A stretch of 64,000 bases of DNA from Marsupella aquatica (GCA_973895155.1 OZ316897.1:22667455-22731454); one strand, 5' to 3'; shown: positions 36,603-52,200, counted from the stretch's first letter. Numbers and translations are program-made. Notes: a model not told the origin generated them from the sequence alone.

Positions 36603-38132
36603 ATGAGTCTCAACTCAAGTGACCTATCATATCTATGAGTCTCAATTCAAGTGAGCTACCACGCAACCATGTCTCTGAACAGTCAGTCATGCAGAGCAAC
36701 GAGACGATTGTTTTAACAAATGAAGGAATGAATGAATGGAAGAGCGGAGTCTCAGAGCTTCACCCACTTGTCAGATTTCATCCAAGTATTGTTTCAGTAC
36801 ACTCTGGGAAGTAGATCGACGAGGGGTACTGTTTGTCATCACGGAGCACTTGCCTCCCATGTCGCAAAGTGAGTCTCAGGGAGCTCCTCGGAAGTGAGTC
36901 TGGAATCGAGCTATTGAAGTGGTTCATAACATCATGAACTCTTTTGTGTCTAAGCATAGATCACTGGGGCTGCACTGTTAATAATCGAGTCTTAATCACG
37001 TATCCAGGCAAATACAGCTCGTGGAAACTGAGCCTGAAATTGCCATCGAACAAAGACAAATATGCAAATTCCACATGATAATAGAAACTAGAAAATCAAT
37101 CTGGACTTCGTTGCTAGTTTTGGAATTTACCTAACATCTCGTAGCTATGGCGAGGGACATTGTATGACATCTGAAATGCAGTTGCAGTGAATCACTTTAG
37201 TAGATTATGAGATTAAACAACAAAAACAACAGGGCACACATGGGGGAACATTAGGAAGTGCTTTATTCACAGGAGCTCGCTGGGAGACTCGGTTTTCGGG
37301 CTCTTGTCTGAGGGATACGAGTATTATGGCAAACTGGATCGATTTTCTCCTGATCAAGTTAGCATCTGTGATATCATATAAGACTCGATCGCCTGGACTA
37401 GAGAAGCAGGTTTTTGTTGCTGTCGCTATGTGGTAATCCTTTCTTATGAGATAAATCCTATCCACCTTGAGAAAATTGTAGCGACCAGAGCAAAACACCG
37501 AATCAAACCAACTTAAGTAGGATAGCTAGTCTGGCTCAACAGGCCAAGGATTGGGCCCAAAGAGAGGTTCCAAAATCTTGGAAGGAAAGAGCGGGGTCTT
37601 ATTTTTTATTGCTTGAGCCAGAGTTCTTAGAAAATACCTAGTAGCAAAGCATTCCTGTCTTCTCTTGTGAGAGTCAGCTAGACCGAGCTGCTACACAGGA
37701 ATTTCAGTTATCAGATGACATTCCAAATGAATAGTCCAAACAAAACATTCCAACTCACTTAGTCACTGGTCCAACTCGCGCAACTATTTCAACCACTCTT
37801 TCACCCACACCTAGAAATTCTGAGCCTGGCGTGGAATACCTACCACTGAAGGTCTATGAACCAATCTGTCAGAATTAACAGAGTTAAAAAATATTTGACC
37901 TCTATGGCCAAACAACAATACGAAAGTTTTGCAATTTAACTTCGCGTGTTATAAATACAGTGATAAATACAGCTGTGCCATAAATGGAGTGGGGGGGAAA
38001 CCCCGGTTTAGAATTTCTGGGTACCAAACTGAGGACATCTGGAGTAACGGACTCAGCAAGGAGGGCACGAGCATGCCCTTCAATAAATTGGATATACCAT
38101 CTTGGTGAAAAAAACTTCCCAGTGTGCCAGCA

Positions 38133-41100
38133 CTAACATGTTTCATATCGACAAACACAATCATAAATGGAGCCGTTTGCAAGCTGCTCAGCAAGCCGTT
38201 GGTTTTTTATCATTGCAAGCTGCACAGATGCATAAAGTGAATATATTAGTGAAGTACAGGCTGATAACATGTTCATACTGAGCGAGAAGAATGGGCAACA
38301 TAGACATCTTCGTGAGGGATCTCTCACCTTCAAAACTTCACAGTTGAATTTCACATTATAATTTGTATGCAAGGACCGACCCATTCCTTCCAAAACAACC
38401 TGCAGCAACCAAATCTTAGTTCTGTGGCAAGCTCAACCTAACTCTAAATACAAGGACGTTATCTAACTGATTCCTGACGCTGAGTCGACGATGAATCCTG
38501 ACAATGAGATATTCTTTTGTAAATGATAAACAACACAAAATTCATCTAGGAATTCCCCTATACCATTGCAAGATAATGTCAAGGTTTGTGAGAATGATCC
38601 TCACCAGGTCCGCGTCCTTTGCTAGTGACGCCAGCTCAGAACTAACTTGGCTGAAATCAATGCAAGGACTTCCACTTCCACTGGCAACAGCCAACAGCCT
38701 AGGAACATGGTTATTCTCATTTTGGTGATGGCTTCCATTACGGGAAGGGAGCGCCAAGGCATCCACCAGCAAGCCTCCTGCTTCTGCAGACTTTCGGAGA
38801 ATATCACAATGCTGCAATAAGGCACAGGTGCAAACAATGCTGGTGTCAGCTAGGAAGAGCCTGTTTTTCAATTAAAAATTAACTCTCAACCACACAGATG
38901 CACATACCACGAATGTCGCAAGCAGAACGCATGGAAATGCTAAATTTTAGCTCTCTGAGTTGGACTTCTAATTCTTCAGAACATGACGCGGAAATTGGCC
39001 TCAGTCGAACCTAAGTGTCTTTTGCGTTGTAGAGGTCAACATCTCATCTAAAGATCCCATCCAGATAGTAAATCTACCAAGACCGCGGACGTGAATGCAT
39101 AATTCTATTCAGTCCACTAGGGCGACCATCTAAGCAACTGTTGACCGAAACCACCGACGATAAATTTAAACAGAATACATGAGGCCTCAATCTGCACTTC
39201 ACAGTATAGAAAAGAAGCAGATTGAAAGAGTAGGATTCTTGGACGAATGAGGGGACAACCGCTACTGAAAAGAAAGATAATCTGGTGCTCTTAGTTGTAT
39301 CGCTACTCATGGGAAGTAAGTGTTTCAAATTTTGAAGCAAAATCTAGCTCATAGCAGAAAGTTGTACAATTTTCTTACTAGCAAGACCCGAACTCTTTCC
39401 CAATCCAAATTGAACTTAAGCACATTTACCTTGGCAGCAGCCGCAACTATAGCTGGCAGCTCAGAGGCGGTGACATCGTTGATGGCTGGTAAAGAATTAG
39501 CAACGAGCACCACCTACAACGAACCAAATAAATTATGTTCAGTTTGCCTGCTGAAAGCTTTCCAGTGAGATCGTGAGCAGAACCGGTTGTGAATCATACT
39601 AACTGAAACCCATAAGGATCTCCACAGGTCAAATTTACGCACAAGATATCTGCAGTGGTAATGATGACGAAGAGTGACAAGTCCAACAAGAATCGATAGC
39701 CTCATTTGCAGTAATAAACAACCAACATTTAGTTAGTTACGGACCTCTGTTCCTCGTCTCAGAAGCTCACGCGCAAGTGGCAGCATTCCCAGTACAACGT
39801 CAGCTCCAGAATTGTCTACAAACAAAAGTGCCCGCTTGTGAGGTTTCGGCAATGGCGCACCTTCACCGTCCCCAATCCACCTCCTCCGGAAAGCGTCAAA
39901 GTTATCAACCTGGTCCAAACAAAATTTTATGACCCACATTTAGAGGAGTGATCAACGTAGCCCAAACGGACGGAACACTGGAGGGGAAAGTTGTACTGAT
40001 GATGAAACACGGATCTTCAAATAAACATTGGTCCCAGGCCAGACAATGATATTTTGCACAGCTCACAAGCACGAAATTGTTCGTAGTACCCGCCAAGGTC
40101 GCTGCATCTTATTGCGGCTCATCCTGTAGATCTCAATTATAGTACCACTATGATATAGCTCCACACATGCCTTCGAACCCCAGTCAAATATATTGGATGC
40201 TAGAACTCCTTCAATGAGAGCCAGGACTCGATCAGCCTGCATATACCGAGTTTCGATGAGTACATAAAAATAAAATTGTGAGCACTTCTTCATATAAATC
40301 TTTTCAGCACGTAAGGATCACATCGAAGGAACGAAAGATACTCAGAAAACAAAATGAAGGTTCCACAACAAACCAGGCGCATGCCATCAAGCTCCGATAG
40401 CAGATCAGGCAATACAGCCAATGAAGCTTCGTTTTCCCTGAATATACACAGTCAGACCAAAGTACGTGTCACTCAGCAAGAAGTTCAGCCTAACTGAGGG
40501 ACAACACTAATTTGCAAGGTTATCTTCATGTGGTTCAAAACATCGATGCCATCCAAACTATTTCAAGTGACTACGAATTGTCGTCGTCAGGCTTGGAAGA
40601 ATTGTAAGAACCTTTGTTTAATCGCTCGATAGGCATCAAAGAAATGGAACTCCCTCAAGCACTCTTCCCTCAACTCTAGCAGGGTTGCAAGACCCAACTT
40701 TCCATATGCAGCTGGCTCTTCTCGTAACCTGCATGAGAATTTTCCGAACATAAGGAATTCTCAAATGATCATCTTCCCGAATCAGCAATGTTCCGCATGA
40801 TCCTGGTGCATTTAATACAGTTGTAGCCATCCCATCTTTTTACACCAGACTAACAAATGTCATGCTCTACGAACAGCATTGGATTGGAGCTTCAAACGAT
40901 GAACGACCCCGAGTTCCTACTCAGATAAAACATCATGGCACGTGATAGGTATAATAAGGGTATATATTGAGCAATAGAGAAGCACCAAAATGTACAAATA
41001 TAAATTATGGATCCATGACAAATGACTAGATAGTGCCTGGTAAAGTGTTACCAAAACGAGGGAACAGTAGAGAAGCCAGCGGACAAGTGAGCAGAAATGT

Positions 41101-44100
41101 TAAGTGGGATCACGTGAAACTAACCTCGCAAGATGTGCCCTAAAAGCTCGACTGAAAGCCTCGCCTCTCCTTTTCGCATCTTCGGTTGCACCCTCACTAG
41201 CAACAGCCTGCACAGTTCAAGCATATCAGCACTCAGGGAAAAACTTGTATAATATTTCTAATGTGCAAGACTGTAAAGCAGGGACAGACGTAGAATAGCA
41301 TGGACGCTGGAACTTACTTTCTCAACGAGGTCTGGCATATTGTCGGAGAGTATATTGAACCAATATCTGCGAAGGGAACACAGGTACTCTTTAGTCATTC
41401 AACAATGTAGGCGCAAGAGAACATGTAAAATGTGTTCCAGACTTCTACACGATAGTATGAACTGCAAAAAGAAATCACGTGAGATATAGTAAGGAGACGT
41501 AATGCTGTCCACTTCGAAACAGAGTGGAAAGAGAAAAACGAATTGCAATTGTCACGCTGAAATTGTCAAATCTTCAGCTGAATTATGAGGTAACTCGAAC
41601 TCACTCTCTTTCACTGTGATCGCCGAGATCCACTGTATTAGGCTCGTAGCTGCACAGCAAAGGATTGAGACTCTTACATTCCCATTCACTTCCTTCAGGG
41701 TGACATCTTTTAGTTGAAGGACCATATCGTGTAAAAACTGACAGGAGCAAATTATAAGGATCATCAAATTAACATGCGTTGATGCTCGAGTACTTGAAGG
41801 TTGAAAGGAAGTATAACATCCTGGCAGACAAATCTTCCAAGAAAACGAAACATTTAACCAAATCTAGCGGAGTGGAAAATGGCACTCACCCTTTCGGATC
41901 TGCAAGAAGAGGAAATGGCTCCAACGAAGGTACAAAATGTAGCACACCAACATTGAGAGCGGCACTAGAGTCCGAGCGCAAAGTAACTTTTTTGCTCCGT
42001 GGAATGTCAAAGCCACCAACACCTGTGGTTGTGGGAATTGGAGTGGGTGCAGTAATCTCTGCTCCCATTTGCACAAATTTTTCCAACCATGTAATCTGCA
42101 CGGCATATCAAACAAATTTCCATGTCGGTATCAACGTCAATCCATGCCCAACGCAAATGGCTTCTGTCGGGGCCAACATCGTGATGACAGCTTTACAAAA
42201 CACATCAGGGTAGGAACAAAGTCCATCCACGGAAAACAAACAAAATTTAAGAAAAACTATTCAAAATAACTTAAAACTAGGAGTAAAACATGCAGTAATA
42301 AATTTCGGATATTGACCTTCTCATTCAAATCGCGAATGGGAGGACCGTGAATCTCGCCTCCAGCAAATGGGGCACCAATGGGAAAGCGCTCCACAAATTG
42401 ATGAGTTGTTACTGTCGTAAGACCAAGCTTGTCATAGCTTAAAAAGGCACCCAAAGCGCCCAAAAATCCTTCATGGCGCAAAAACATTGCTTGAGCCTCC
42501 CCTTTAGACCTGTTTAACAAGAGATGTTAACACTTGAGATCCAGAACAGAAGATAGCAAGAACGGGAAGATCAAAAGAACGGGTAGCAGAAAGAGCTACA
42601 ATACGAAGACAAGCTCAGCCCTGGGGAGGAAAGTAGAGGACTCTTTCCAAAATAGCGGTCCAAAGCCAAAGTCATTTAACTCTGAACAACCTCGTACCAT
42701 ACCAGAAATTAATTGCAAAGGACATTGTGTCCATCGTGTAGGCATGACCACGAATGAAAAATCCCCCAAAGAAAATGCGCTTCAGCCCATACTGAAGTGC
42801 ATTCAAATATGCAATCTGGACCGGCACAGAAACATAAAAATTAATAAGATATACTGTTTACAACTAATATCAGGCACGTCTCTCGCAACCCCTGCTGCTG
42901 GCAGCAACAGAAACCATGAATCTCTAGCATGTGCATGAGAAATCTCCTATCCACAGAAGGCAGAAATGCTTCCTCCTCACAATCACAGAGGAGGAAATGG
43001 TGTACGGAGAAAGCGCTACTCTCAAATATGTTTCCAAATTTAATACTACAATGCAGATAAAATTCGAAAACTATTCCCCAACTTCTAGCGCAATCTCATG
43101 CGCTGAGTTTACCATGACAATTATGTGTGACAACATACGTATAAACATATTAAAAATGAGAATCAAATTAAGAATAAACTTTCTAAAGGATATGTTTGTT
43201 AACGCACAGGTAATCTGTCGTTACAGCATTGAGGATTGCTATGCCACTAGACTGAATTTAGCACAAAAGGGAAGTACTGCATGTCAACCTGCCCAATGTT
43301 GTAGGATATCATGCGCAGTAAAGAGAGAGCAAGATCTTCTCGTCTGTAGTCTTCCAAGTCCTTGTCTCCTGCTATAACCTTTCCAAAGCTTGAGGCTATA
43401 GTTGAGGCTGAAAGACCAATCTGGAAAATCGGAAAAACAGTCATTTAGTCATATTGTTTAGGGTGCAAGGTTGATGGGATGCCAGGAGCTGTTAGGATTT
43501 CCCTCTAGAAATTCACCCAAATTGGTGGGATTGTGAGTGAGAACAAGAAATAATCCCATACTGTGCTGCACTACTATTGAATGGATGCAGACTAAATTTA
43601 ATCCACAAGACTATTCGCCATACAGCCCTGGATAAATAGAACCCGCCAATCATAGGCATTCTGATATCAAGGAATATCGAATGAGATTTTATAGATCCTA
43701 TAGGCTCACCTTGTTGTAATCAAGGCCCCCGTAAATGTCTCCGACGAGCATGTCTACCGTGCTGTTATCTCCTCCCTGGCTCAGCTCCAAAATCTCATCA
43801 AAGCTGCAGGAAAAATAAGATAACACCAACGAACACGGTATTAGTAAACTTGCAAGTCTTCTGGTTGACTCTCAGGAAAAATATGTCTTTAAGAGATTCT
43901 ACGTACTTTTTGCACTTTGTGAGAAGCCGCCCGAGTCCCCAAAAAGTACCACCACCAACATTGGTTCCACTGACTCTCTGAAAAACTCCTTCACCTTCAA
44001 CCTGAGACACTTCATGCAGCCATTTCCACCCCACCACAATCAATCAAGTAATCAACAGACAAGCGTTATGCCCAGCATCAAACAGTTTTATCATATCCAT

Positions 44101-46133
44101 TGACTCCAGACAGATTTTTCAGAAAATGCAGATCTGCCGAATGAGGCCATAAAATGCAACATTGCTTAAATACCTTGATCAAGCTCACACCAGAACCGAT
44201 GTTAACGAGAAGATAAGGATATAGATCATTTTGATCTATCTGAACAAACTTCTTGTTCCCATCCATGTGAGTGAAAGCCTCATACCGGATGGCCTGCAAA
44301 CCAACAGGCTTAAAATTTCAAATTCTCCATGAAAAAACATAGCAAATATTTCAAACATTTGTCCTGCACAACAACTTCCCGTGATTCTCCCAGTACTTAG
44401 CAAATGAAAATGCAAGACATCAGAATGCGACATAGAATGAGACCAAAATCCGTGCAGACTTTTCTCTCCGATGTCGTGAAGTCTATCCAACTCAATCCAA
44501 CAAAGGCAGATGAGATCATGTACAATACTTCAGGATCCGTTTCGTAACAAAGTTGCATAATTTAGCATGGAAAGGTGCCTATGTAAACGTGGTCATGCTG
44601 GGTACCCTCACACCTGACACCACACTACTGGTGGACTACAACCAAGACTGGAAAGACGAGAGCATTGTCTTGAGAGACAAAACATTTGCCGATCGAACTA
44701 TGAACCTACCTTCAACAAAAAGTTTGCTCCAGACACGAGACAGTCCATTTCATCCTCCTTGTCAAACGTTACTCCAAGTCTTTCCTTGAAGACCTCTGCA
44801 TACTTAAATGCCCCACCACCTGTGGCCTTGCAGATAATCAATGAACAGGTCACCAAGGTCAGGGCCAGAGAAAATAGTCGTGAGAAAGTATCAAATTAGC
44901 GAGGTCCAAATTAGCTAGGTCACTGATCTGTCAAGAGCATGTTTTACTCAAAAGATCGAAACTACCTTAATAGTCGCGCCCTCCACGAGACCACTCGCTG
45001 GTGCCAACTCATCCATACCGTCAACATCTGCATTATAAACATTCAATTAAGTACTCACTCGTTGTTACCAATCAGTAAACACATTTCCCACAGAACAAGG
45101 ACATGCTTAGAGATATTTGCTCTGAGATTCATATGTAGATTCTATACTGAGCAAGGTATAAGCTCTGCTTTTGTTTTCTATTCTTATTTTAGCTGTTTTG
45201 AGACACATTGTTAGAACAGGGCTTTAACAGAAACTGCCACTCACCGAGGAGATTCGGGTGGTGAAGTTTTTTGGACTGGATAAAGTCCAGGCATTCATTC
45301 AGTTTGGCAGTCTCGAACTTCACAAAATGCAGACGTCCACCGAGAACTGGAAAACCACCACGTATTCCAGCAAGATAGGCCGCCTTCCGTATATCAGCTC
45401 GAGCTGCAAGCTTGCCTTTCGAAGCGTGTTCCGGATGCCTAGAAAAGTAGACCAACTTTATCAACGACCCTGTAAAATCATCCACAAGCTCAGTTTTAGC
45501 AAGCATTACACAGGAGAAATACACTCCCTCAATGACCCATATTTGAGATCAGACTGATCAATTCTATCAAAAATGGACCTACCAAGTTAGGTCCAAATAA
45601 AGGCTTTGGACTCCAGTGCAAGAAACTCATCAAAAGGTGTTTTGAGGCATTCTATAACACAATGCATCAATAAATGAACAAACTTTGAATTCCACAGATG
45701 GCCATGATAAGCAATGCACATGCCCTAACGGGACATCAATACTGGGCCTCCATTTTTCGTTCCGTCAATGAGGCTTCAATTAATACAGTCCTTGTTTTCT
45801 GAATCAACAGAGTCATGAAAAGCAGTGACCAAATCGGGATTGATTTGCCGCTCTCGAGAATCAGAATGCCAATCAAAGGAGCTCCGATTGGCAACACCCG
45901 TCAGAACGGGAGCACATGTATGTCGACGGTCAACCGAGGTGAGAGTACGCACCGCCAAGGTCGATTGCAAAGTGGCTGAGTTCATCGCTCTGGTTTGGCA
46001 GCAAGATGACTGGATTGCGATCTTCGGTGGAGCCCTGAATTGCTGCCCCACTCAAGTCCAATTGAGGTCTTGAGGGCGACCTATGAATCGTCGACGCCGG
46101 AGCAGCTGGTGGGGAAGCATCCTCCCCCGCCAT
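38133..46133 (-). CDS. PANK2: Pantothenate kinase 2 (type II PanK fused to DUF89/ARMT1-like phosphatase), many exons
   Basis: First exon 46133..45953 (MAGEDAS..IHRSPSRPQLDLSGAAIQG..SHFAIDLG). Internal exons include GGRLHFVKFET, YPYLLVNIGSGVS, VSGTNVGGGTFWGLG, TIASSFGK, LLRMISYNIGQ, FLRHEGFLGALGAF, EGVLASNIFDWGS, ALLFVDNSGADVVLGMLP and SGSPCIDFSQVS. Last exon 38219..38133 (LAMIKNQRLA..IYDCVCRYETC*). Confidence 0.95.
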
Positions 46134-46675
46134 CGCCCAAAGGTGAGTCACAAAACCACAATCCCCACGACAGTATCCTCTTCCAAACTGCCACCAAATC
46201 TCACAAACTGGCCCCAAACTGGGATCCTCTGTCTACAATGCCACCATCCTTTCTCAGAATCTCATGGCTGTCGAGCCCACTTCAGAAATCGCTCCAATTC
46301 CTCGTCCCGAACAATTTTTCCTAGCGTTGGTGGTGGTCCTGTTGCTTGTGGGCGGCATTCCCACACCAGCCTTGCTTGCGTTGGAAGCAAGAGGAACGAA
46401 TTGTTGTTGCGGGAATGTGTGATGTAGGGATGAATGTGTTTGGTTTCTCTAGCTGCTGTACTACTGCTGTAGAGGCCAGCAGAGAGAGAGATTCCGGTTG
46501 GAGGACTGCAGCTCTCGCTATAGCACGTGATGCGTGACCGGAAGTCAGGCACCACCTCATGAGTCTCTGGTCAACTGCACTGGCGATTCACAACGAGGAA
46601 ATTAGCACTGATGAGGTCAATCTCAGGAGTTTGTTGCGGTTCTCATGATCTTTGTGCTGGGAAAATTAAGGGGGC

Positions 46676-46838
46676 TTTAAACCACCATTTACCATGACAA
46701 AAACCATAAATAGTATGGTGTCCTAAATTTGTGGAGCAATATGGAAGGGGAGAAGAGAACAATGAGAGTAAAGTGAAAAAGGGAGCGCTAGTGAGTCTTG
46801 GACACTTCCCCTTTTTATATGGCTAGTGGTGGTTTAAA
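46676..46838. mobile_element. Small MITE-like element upstream of PANK2
   Basis: 12-bp inverted repeats tttaaaccacca (46676-46687) and tggtggtttaaa (46827-46838). Confidence 0.4.
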
Positions 46839-46864
46839 AGAACTTTGGGGTAGCCTTTCTTTGT

Positions 46865-46995
46865 TCTATGTGTGACGTGTAATCCTAGCCATTTAAATGT
46901 TGGTTTTTTTTTTATGTGTGAGATGCAATCCTAGCCATTCAAATGTTTGGTTTTTTTCTATGTGTGAAATACAATTCTAGTCATTCAAATGTTGG
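46865..46995. repeat. Tandem repeat, about 46-bp unit x3
   Basis: tatgtgtga...aat.ctag.catt.aaatgtt followed by T-runs, seen three times. Confidence 0.7.
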
Positions 46996-49235
46996 AGCAG
47001 GCCAGACTTCACTCTACATGAAGTTGGGGCACAATCAAGCAACAACATTACCTAGATGACATTGTAGTCATTCATGTGTGGGAACAAGCCAGATTTCACT
47101 ATACATGAACTTGGGGGGCACAATCAGGAAAAACCATTATTTACCAAACTAACTAAGTCATCTCTCATTTGGCCCTTGGTGTTTTCTTCCTAATGTCTAC
47201 ATGCTTAGAGCTCCGCTTGAGGTGGTCTACAAGGATGGAGCAAGCGGCCTCCTCTATTCAAGGTATTGCAGACCTGACACATTGTGGCTCTGGCATTAGA
47301 ACTATAGTGTATGAAACTGGCCATCAGGGGCCTCAAGTTTGCTTTGGATGGCAAGAGACTGACCGCCTCCCTAAGCTAGGATGGACCTAAGGGTTTGTTT
47401 TGTACATCCCATGGACTGTATACCATGCAACCTCACTTTACACCAAAAATTTACACTGACCCGCTGCTATTGGAAGGACGCTTCACTTTTGAGAAAGACC
47501 CCTTAATTATGATATTGGAAAGCACAAGATCTACAGTGGTGGCCACTCACAAAAGCCTTCCAGAATATGACAATGGTGTGCATGGTTGTTTGGTGTGGGA
47601 CATAAAATTGGTGCAAGTTCATTTTTGAGCTTGCACAGCTCTTGAACATATTTTTATTGAGGGTGATTTGTGTGCTCTTATGGAGTCAATTCTGAGCTGG
47701 GACGGAAATGAATAAAAAGTAATAGGGCGGGGGGGGGGGCGGGGGGGGGGGGGATATAAGCAAAATTTTATGGGGTTCCTTGAAACACAAGATAACTTAT
47801 AAATTCTAAAAGGAGGTTTACCTTTAATTTCACATGGAGGAAAATAGGACAAATTAAAACTTAAATAATAGCAATTGGAAGATGTTCATTCCAAAGAGGT
47901 CGACTCTCTCCGACTTGTACATGATTGCTGAAGGTCCTTCAACTGCCATTTACTTTGCACTTGGCTTGCTTTTGGGTCAAAAACTCTATTGTTGTACCTT
48001 AGTTCAACAAACTCACCTGCAATCCTTTGTTTTTCTGAGGTTCTACTTTCTTTGGTGCCGGTCTCTTCAATGGTTGGAGAGCAACGTTATAGCAATGTTA
48101 TGGTCATTTCACGTGGATGCAATTACATCGTTCCTTACCGAGGTATCTAATTCAAAGTCCTTCCAGGTACCTCTTGAAGGGGTGGGATGTTTAATATCTG
48201 CGTCCAGTCAACCACCAAAATCGAGACTCCCACTACCTTACCAATTTAAGGGGGTGATTAAATCTAACACACACACACACACACAGATTAATTGAGTACA
48301 TGGGGTTACTCCTAACTATTTTGTAACGAAAGACCAAACTTTATTTAATTTTGCACTAAAATCAAGGGTCTTAATCTAAGAATCTTAAATGTCAGACCCT
48401 CTGCAGTCCCCCAATTACTGCCGTTATGACCAAACCAAGTCCATGGCATTGCTTGCTTATTCAAATGATGATAGAATGGCAAAACAAAATTGATGGAGGA
48501 CTGCTATGGAAAGTTCACCAAAACCTCATGCATGATCAAAGTTTCTTAAATTATGGTAGAGTCCTTCATCATCCTAATGGACAATAGTAACCACATTATT
48601 GATGGCTAGGGTACCGAAAACCTCAAAGTAAACTGTCATCTCCCATCATCTGCAATATTCACATAAGATGCACCTTTTTGGAACAACACAATCCTAGTTT
48701 TAAAGGTTCAAGTTGGCCGTGGTGAACCTCCATGACTTTAATTGCCTAAAAACTGCTCATCCCAGATTTTGTTGGATTTGAAACCTAAGCTATCGGTTTA
48801 AGTATTTAGTCCACCTTCGAGTCCGAGGCAGTGGTACAGCTCATCAAACTGAAATTTATATATTTGCCACCCCACACCAATCTTCAAGGAATTTCCTAGT
48901 CAATCCAACTTGCAAGTTGGTAATGGCAATCATGGGTCTCTCATTATTAGCTTGCTGGTATGCAATATTCATAGGAATGCACATGTTGAGCGCCACACTG
49001 ATTCCTCGTTCATTATCCACAAGATGTGTGTAAACCTGCTCACCATCAAAATCTATTCCATACTGCGCTCCATTACAAGAATGACTTGAGTCATTAACAG
49101 ATTTAAATAAATGAATGCACATGACTTCAATAATTCTTCGACATAAAATAATAAATGATAAACAAGCAAGCCCCTAGAAGTCAACAGAATTGATCGGTTC
49201 TAAGAAACTTATGAAAGCTTCCAACGAAGCTTTCA

Positions 49236-52200
49236 TCACCACACCCCAAATCGATACCAGCAGAAAATGCAGGAGAACGAGAGGACACAATGATGTACCT
49301 CAACAACGACCAATGGAGCTGGATTGATTCGAGCCACAGAGGTGTGCTCCCAAGCTATTTCACCTCCTTCGTCCCAAAGAGTAACGTCCAGAAGGTAAAC
49401 ACCGTTTAGAGATCCTGAAAAAGCCTCACTTTTCCATGGTAGCTTCAATACTCCAGGAAAGACTTCGTGCTGCAGCAAGAATCAGGTCCAAGTCAGATTC
49501 ACCCTTGTCAGGTACCTTACTTGGCATTTCCTGGATGCATTTCTCCGCATTGAGTAATCACTAATGATCTAGAGTTTGAGTACCAAAAAGAGCCGCTCAA
49601 GTTAGCAAGCTCATTCATTTTCCCTGCCCCAAAAAGGTAGTTATAGCTTCTCCAAAATTCACAGTTGCCTTACATGTGACACGAGCTGGAGAACAGCTTT
49701 TTCTCCCGGGATCGACTCACGTTCATTCCAGAAGACCTACAAGACAAGCAGAGCCCATGAGAGTGCAACTACCAAAGCAACAATTGTACTGAAATAGAAA
49801 CTCATATTGCAACTAGTAAACTGATCCTAACAGTCGAAGAGACATGAATTGAGGCAACTAAACCTGCTTGAAAGTTCGATTCCAGATGTTCCTTCCAAAC
49901 GTGTGAAGCTGTACACTGACATGCCAATTGTGAAGACCTACATGGTAGCCAGGAAATTGTCATCTCCTAAGCCAAAGCATGCTAACTGTTTGGGTTGCTG
50001 TGTGAAAAGAAAACTAAAAACAATATTGCATAAGCTGAGCACAAATTGCGCTCACCATAGAGTGGATCAAGCTCATCCCGTGCCAATCTGCGAGCAGCTT
50101 GAGATGTTGGACCTTCCCCAAGATGCAGTAACTTCCATAGTAGGTTGCTCAAATGTATGCTTAAAACAATCAGCAACACCTTCACGTGAAACAAAATCTC
50201 AAGTTGAACAAGGATTGACAGAAGAGTTTTCAGCTCTGAAAGGAAAGTAACTATAAAGGTCCATATAATCAAGGCAGGCTCATTCACTAGGGGGGTTGCC
50301 TTTGATCGTCTTAGAGCCAGGTAAATGCCAAAGACTACTTTCAAGCATCCGGTTTTTGAAAACCTTTACTCCAATTTCGATGACTTCATGACCGTTACCT
50401 GTTCTGTGGTATTGATTTCATCGACGTCAATTACTTGTTCCACAAGACTGCCAACAATCAAAGACACCCCTGGCGATATACAGTGCTGAAGGAGTCTCAG
50501 AGGGCCTGTGCTTTGACTGGTCATCGAAACCATCTCCCAAGTTCCCACAAGAAGTTTAGTATATTCTGGTGGTCAAGTGTAAACCAAGGACTGAAAAAGG
50601 TCTCAAGACAAATAATACACAAGCGCTTTAGTGAAAACTCAGAATTGCACACTATCCCGCCCGGTTGTGAATGGATACGAAGTCAACAATCGGACAAACA
50701 CGAAGAAGTCTGTCACTTGTAACAGTCACCTGCACACATTAAGAGTATCTGAAATTAGATCATTAGTTCAGACTAATTGTTCCGTCAAAAACAAAAACCC
50801 TATTTGGCTTGTATCCATCTACGGACACTTTCAAGTCCCGTATCCAGTGATTTAGCTGTCGTTCACAACTAATGATCTCTCCTCCTCATCCTGGAAACCA
50901 GTCAGAAAATAAAAATTCTGGAGATTTGGCATGCATGATCAGTGGAGGCAATGATTTAAAACCACAGCTCATGTCTGGTCTTGCAATTCAAACGTAGTCA
51001 TGCAAGATTCCATGCTTAAGGCGATTGCCTTGGATGAATAACGACTAAGAAATCTGAAACCCGAGTACCCTATACAACTCATGTCTGCTTGGAAGGATGA
51101 TTTCCCCACTTCATTTCGAAGACTTGACATGAGACGACAAACCAATTTTACGACGGCCGAGTGATCGATCGTACCTCAATTGACTTCAAGCTCAACAGGT
51201 TAAGATTGCCGATGTGAGCGACTGGATAGCGGAGTATACATGAACTTTGAAAAATGTCTATCTTTCCCTTGCCTGTTCAATGTTAAGGACGGAACTGTAA
51301 ATCGAGCTGTAAATTACTCTCCTGAGTTGCATGCGTGGGCATCACATTGATGACATTTTGTTCTCGGGAGAATACAGAGATTTTAGTACTTTGAACTATG
51401 AGAAATATTTGGCTCTCACACGAGAGTGGAACGGAAAAGTCTCATGCGGTGAACAAAATTAAATACATTTTTATCGAATCACTCAGAAATACTGGAAAGC
51501 ATAGTTATAGCAAACCTTCGGAATATGATTTGCAAAAACGGTCCCATGAACAAAAGCAGAAAATTGTCGAAGGTCATTTCTGAGGAAATTTTACCTTGTA
51601 TCTTGAAATGACGACCTCGATTGAGGCAAACGTTGAAGCTCAGGCCGAGGTGTTCAGCCAGCTTCTGCATCCCGTCCCCTTGCGTGCAACTGTAAGCTGA
51701 GGTTTCACAACACCCAAGTCTAAGAGGCCAGACACCACAAGCAGCATCCCAGACGATGACAGGAAGATTTGGTCCATCCTTCTTCAGAATTTGGCTGATT
51801 CTAAATACGCTCGTGGGCTCTGAAATCTAGATATTCCAAAATCCATCGAAGTACTGGAATTCAATAGCACCTCGAAGATTCCCCAATTTTGTGCACAACC
51901 GATATATCCCGTGACGCTAATCAAGCTCTACCCTTTTGCACATCCGCCCCATCAGCTCTTGAAGAGTTTGTTACCTCTCTATGAAATGTGCATCCCAGCA
52001 AGAAATGTTTCCATAATCCATGACATCTACATGACCCACCTGTCAGCAGTAAGTTGTTCACACCTCTACTTTGACGCACATTTATGCCACACTAATGGTA
52101 AGAATCCTGGTTCAGTGGCTTTTGTGACACACCTCTTTTACCATATGTATCAGGCACTGGACGGATGCCAAGATAGCCTTCTTTAACTGCCCAAGCCTTC

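Noticed and set aside
38133-46133. PanK-DUF89 fusion as a novelty
   Set aside because: This is the standard architecture of plant PANK2.
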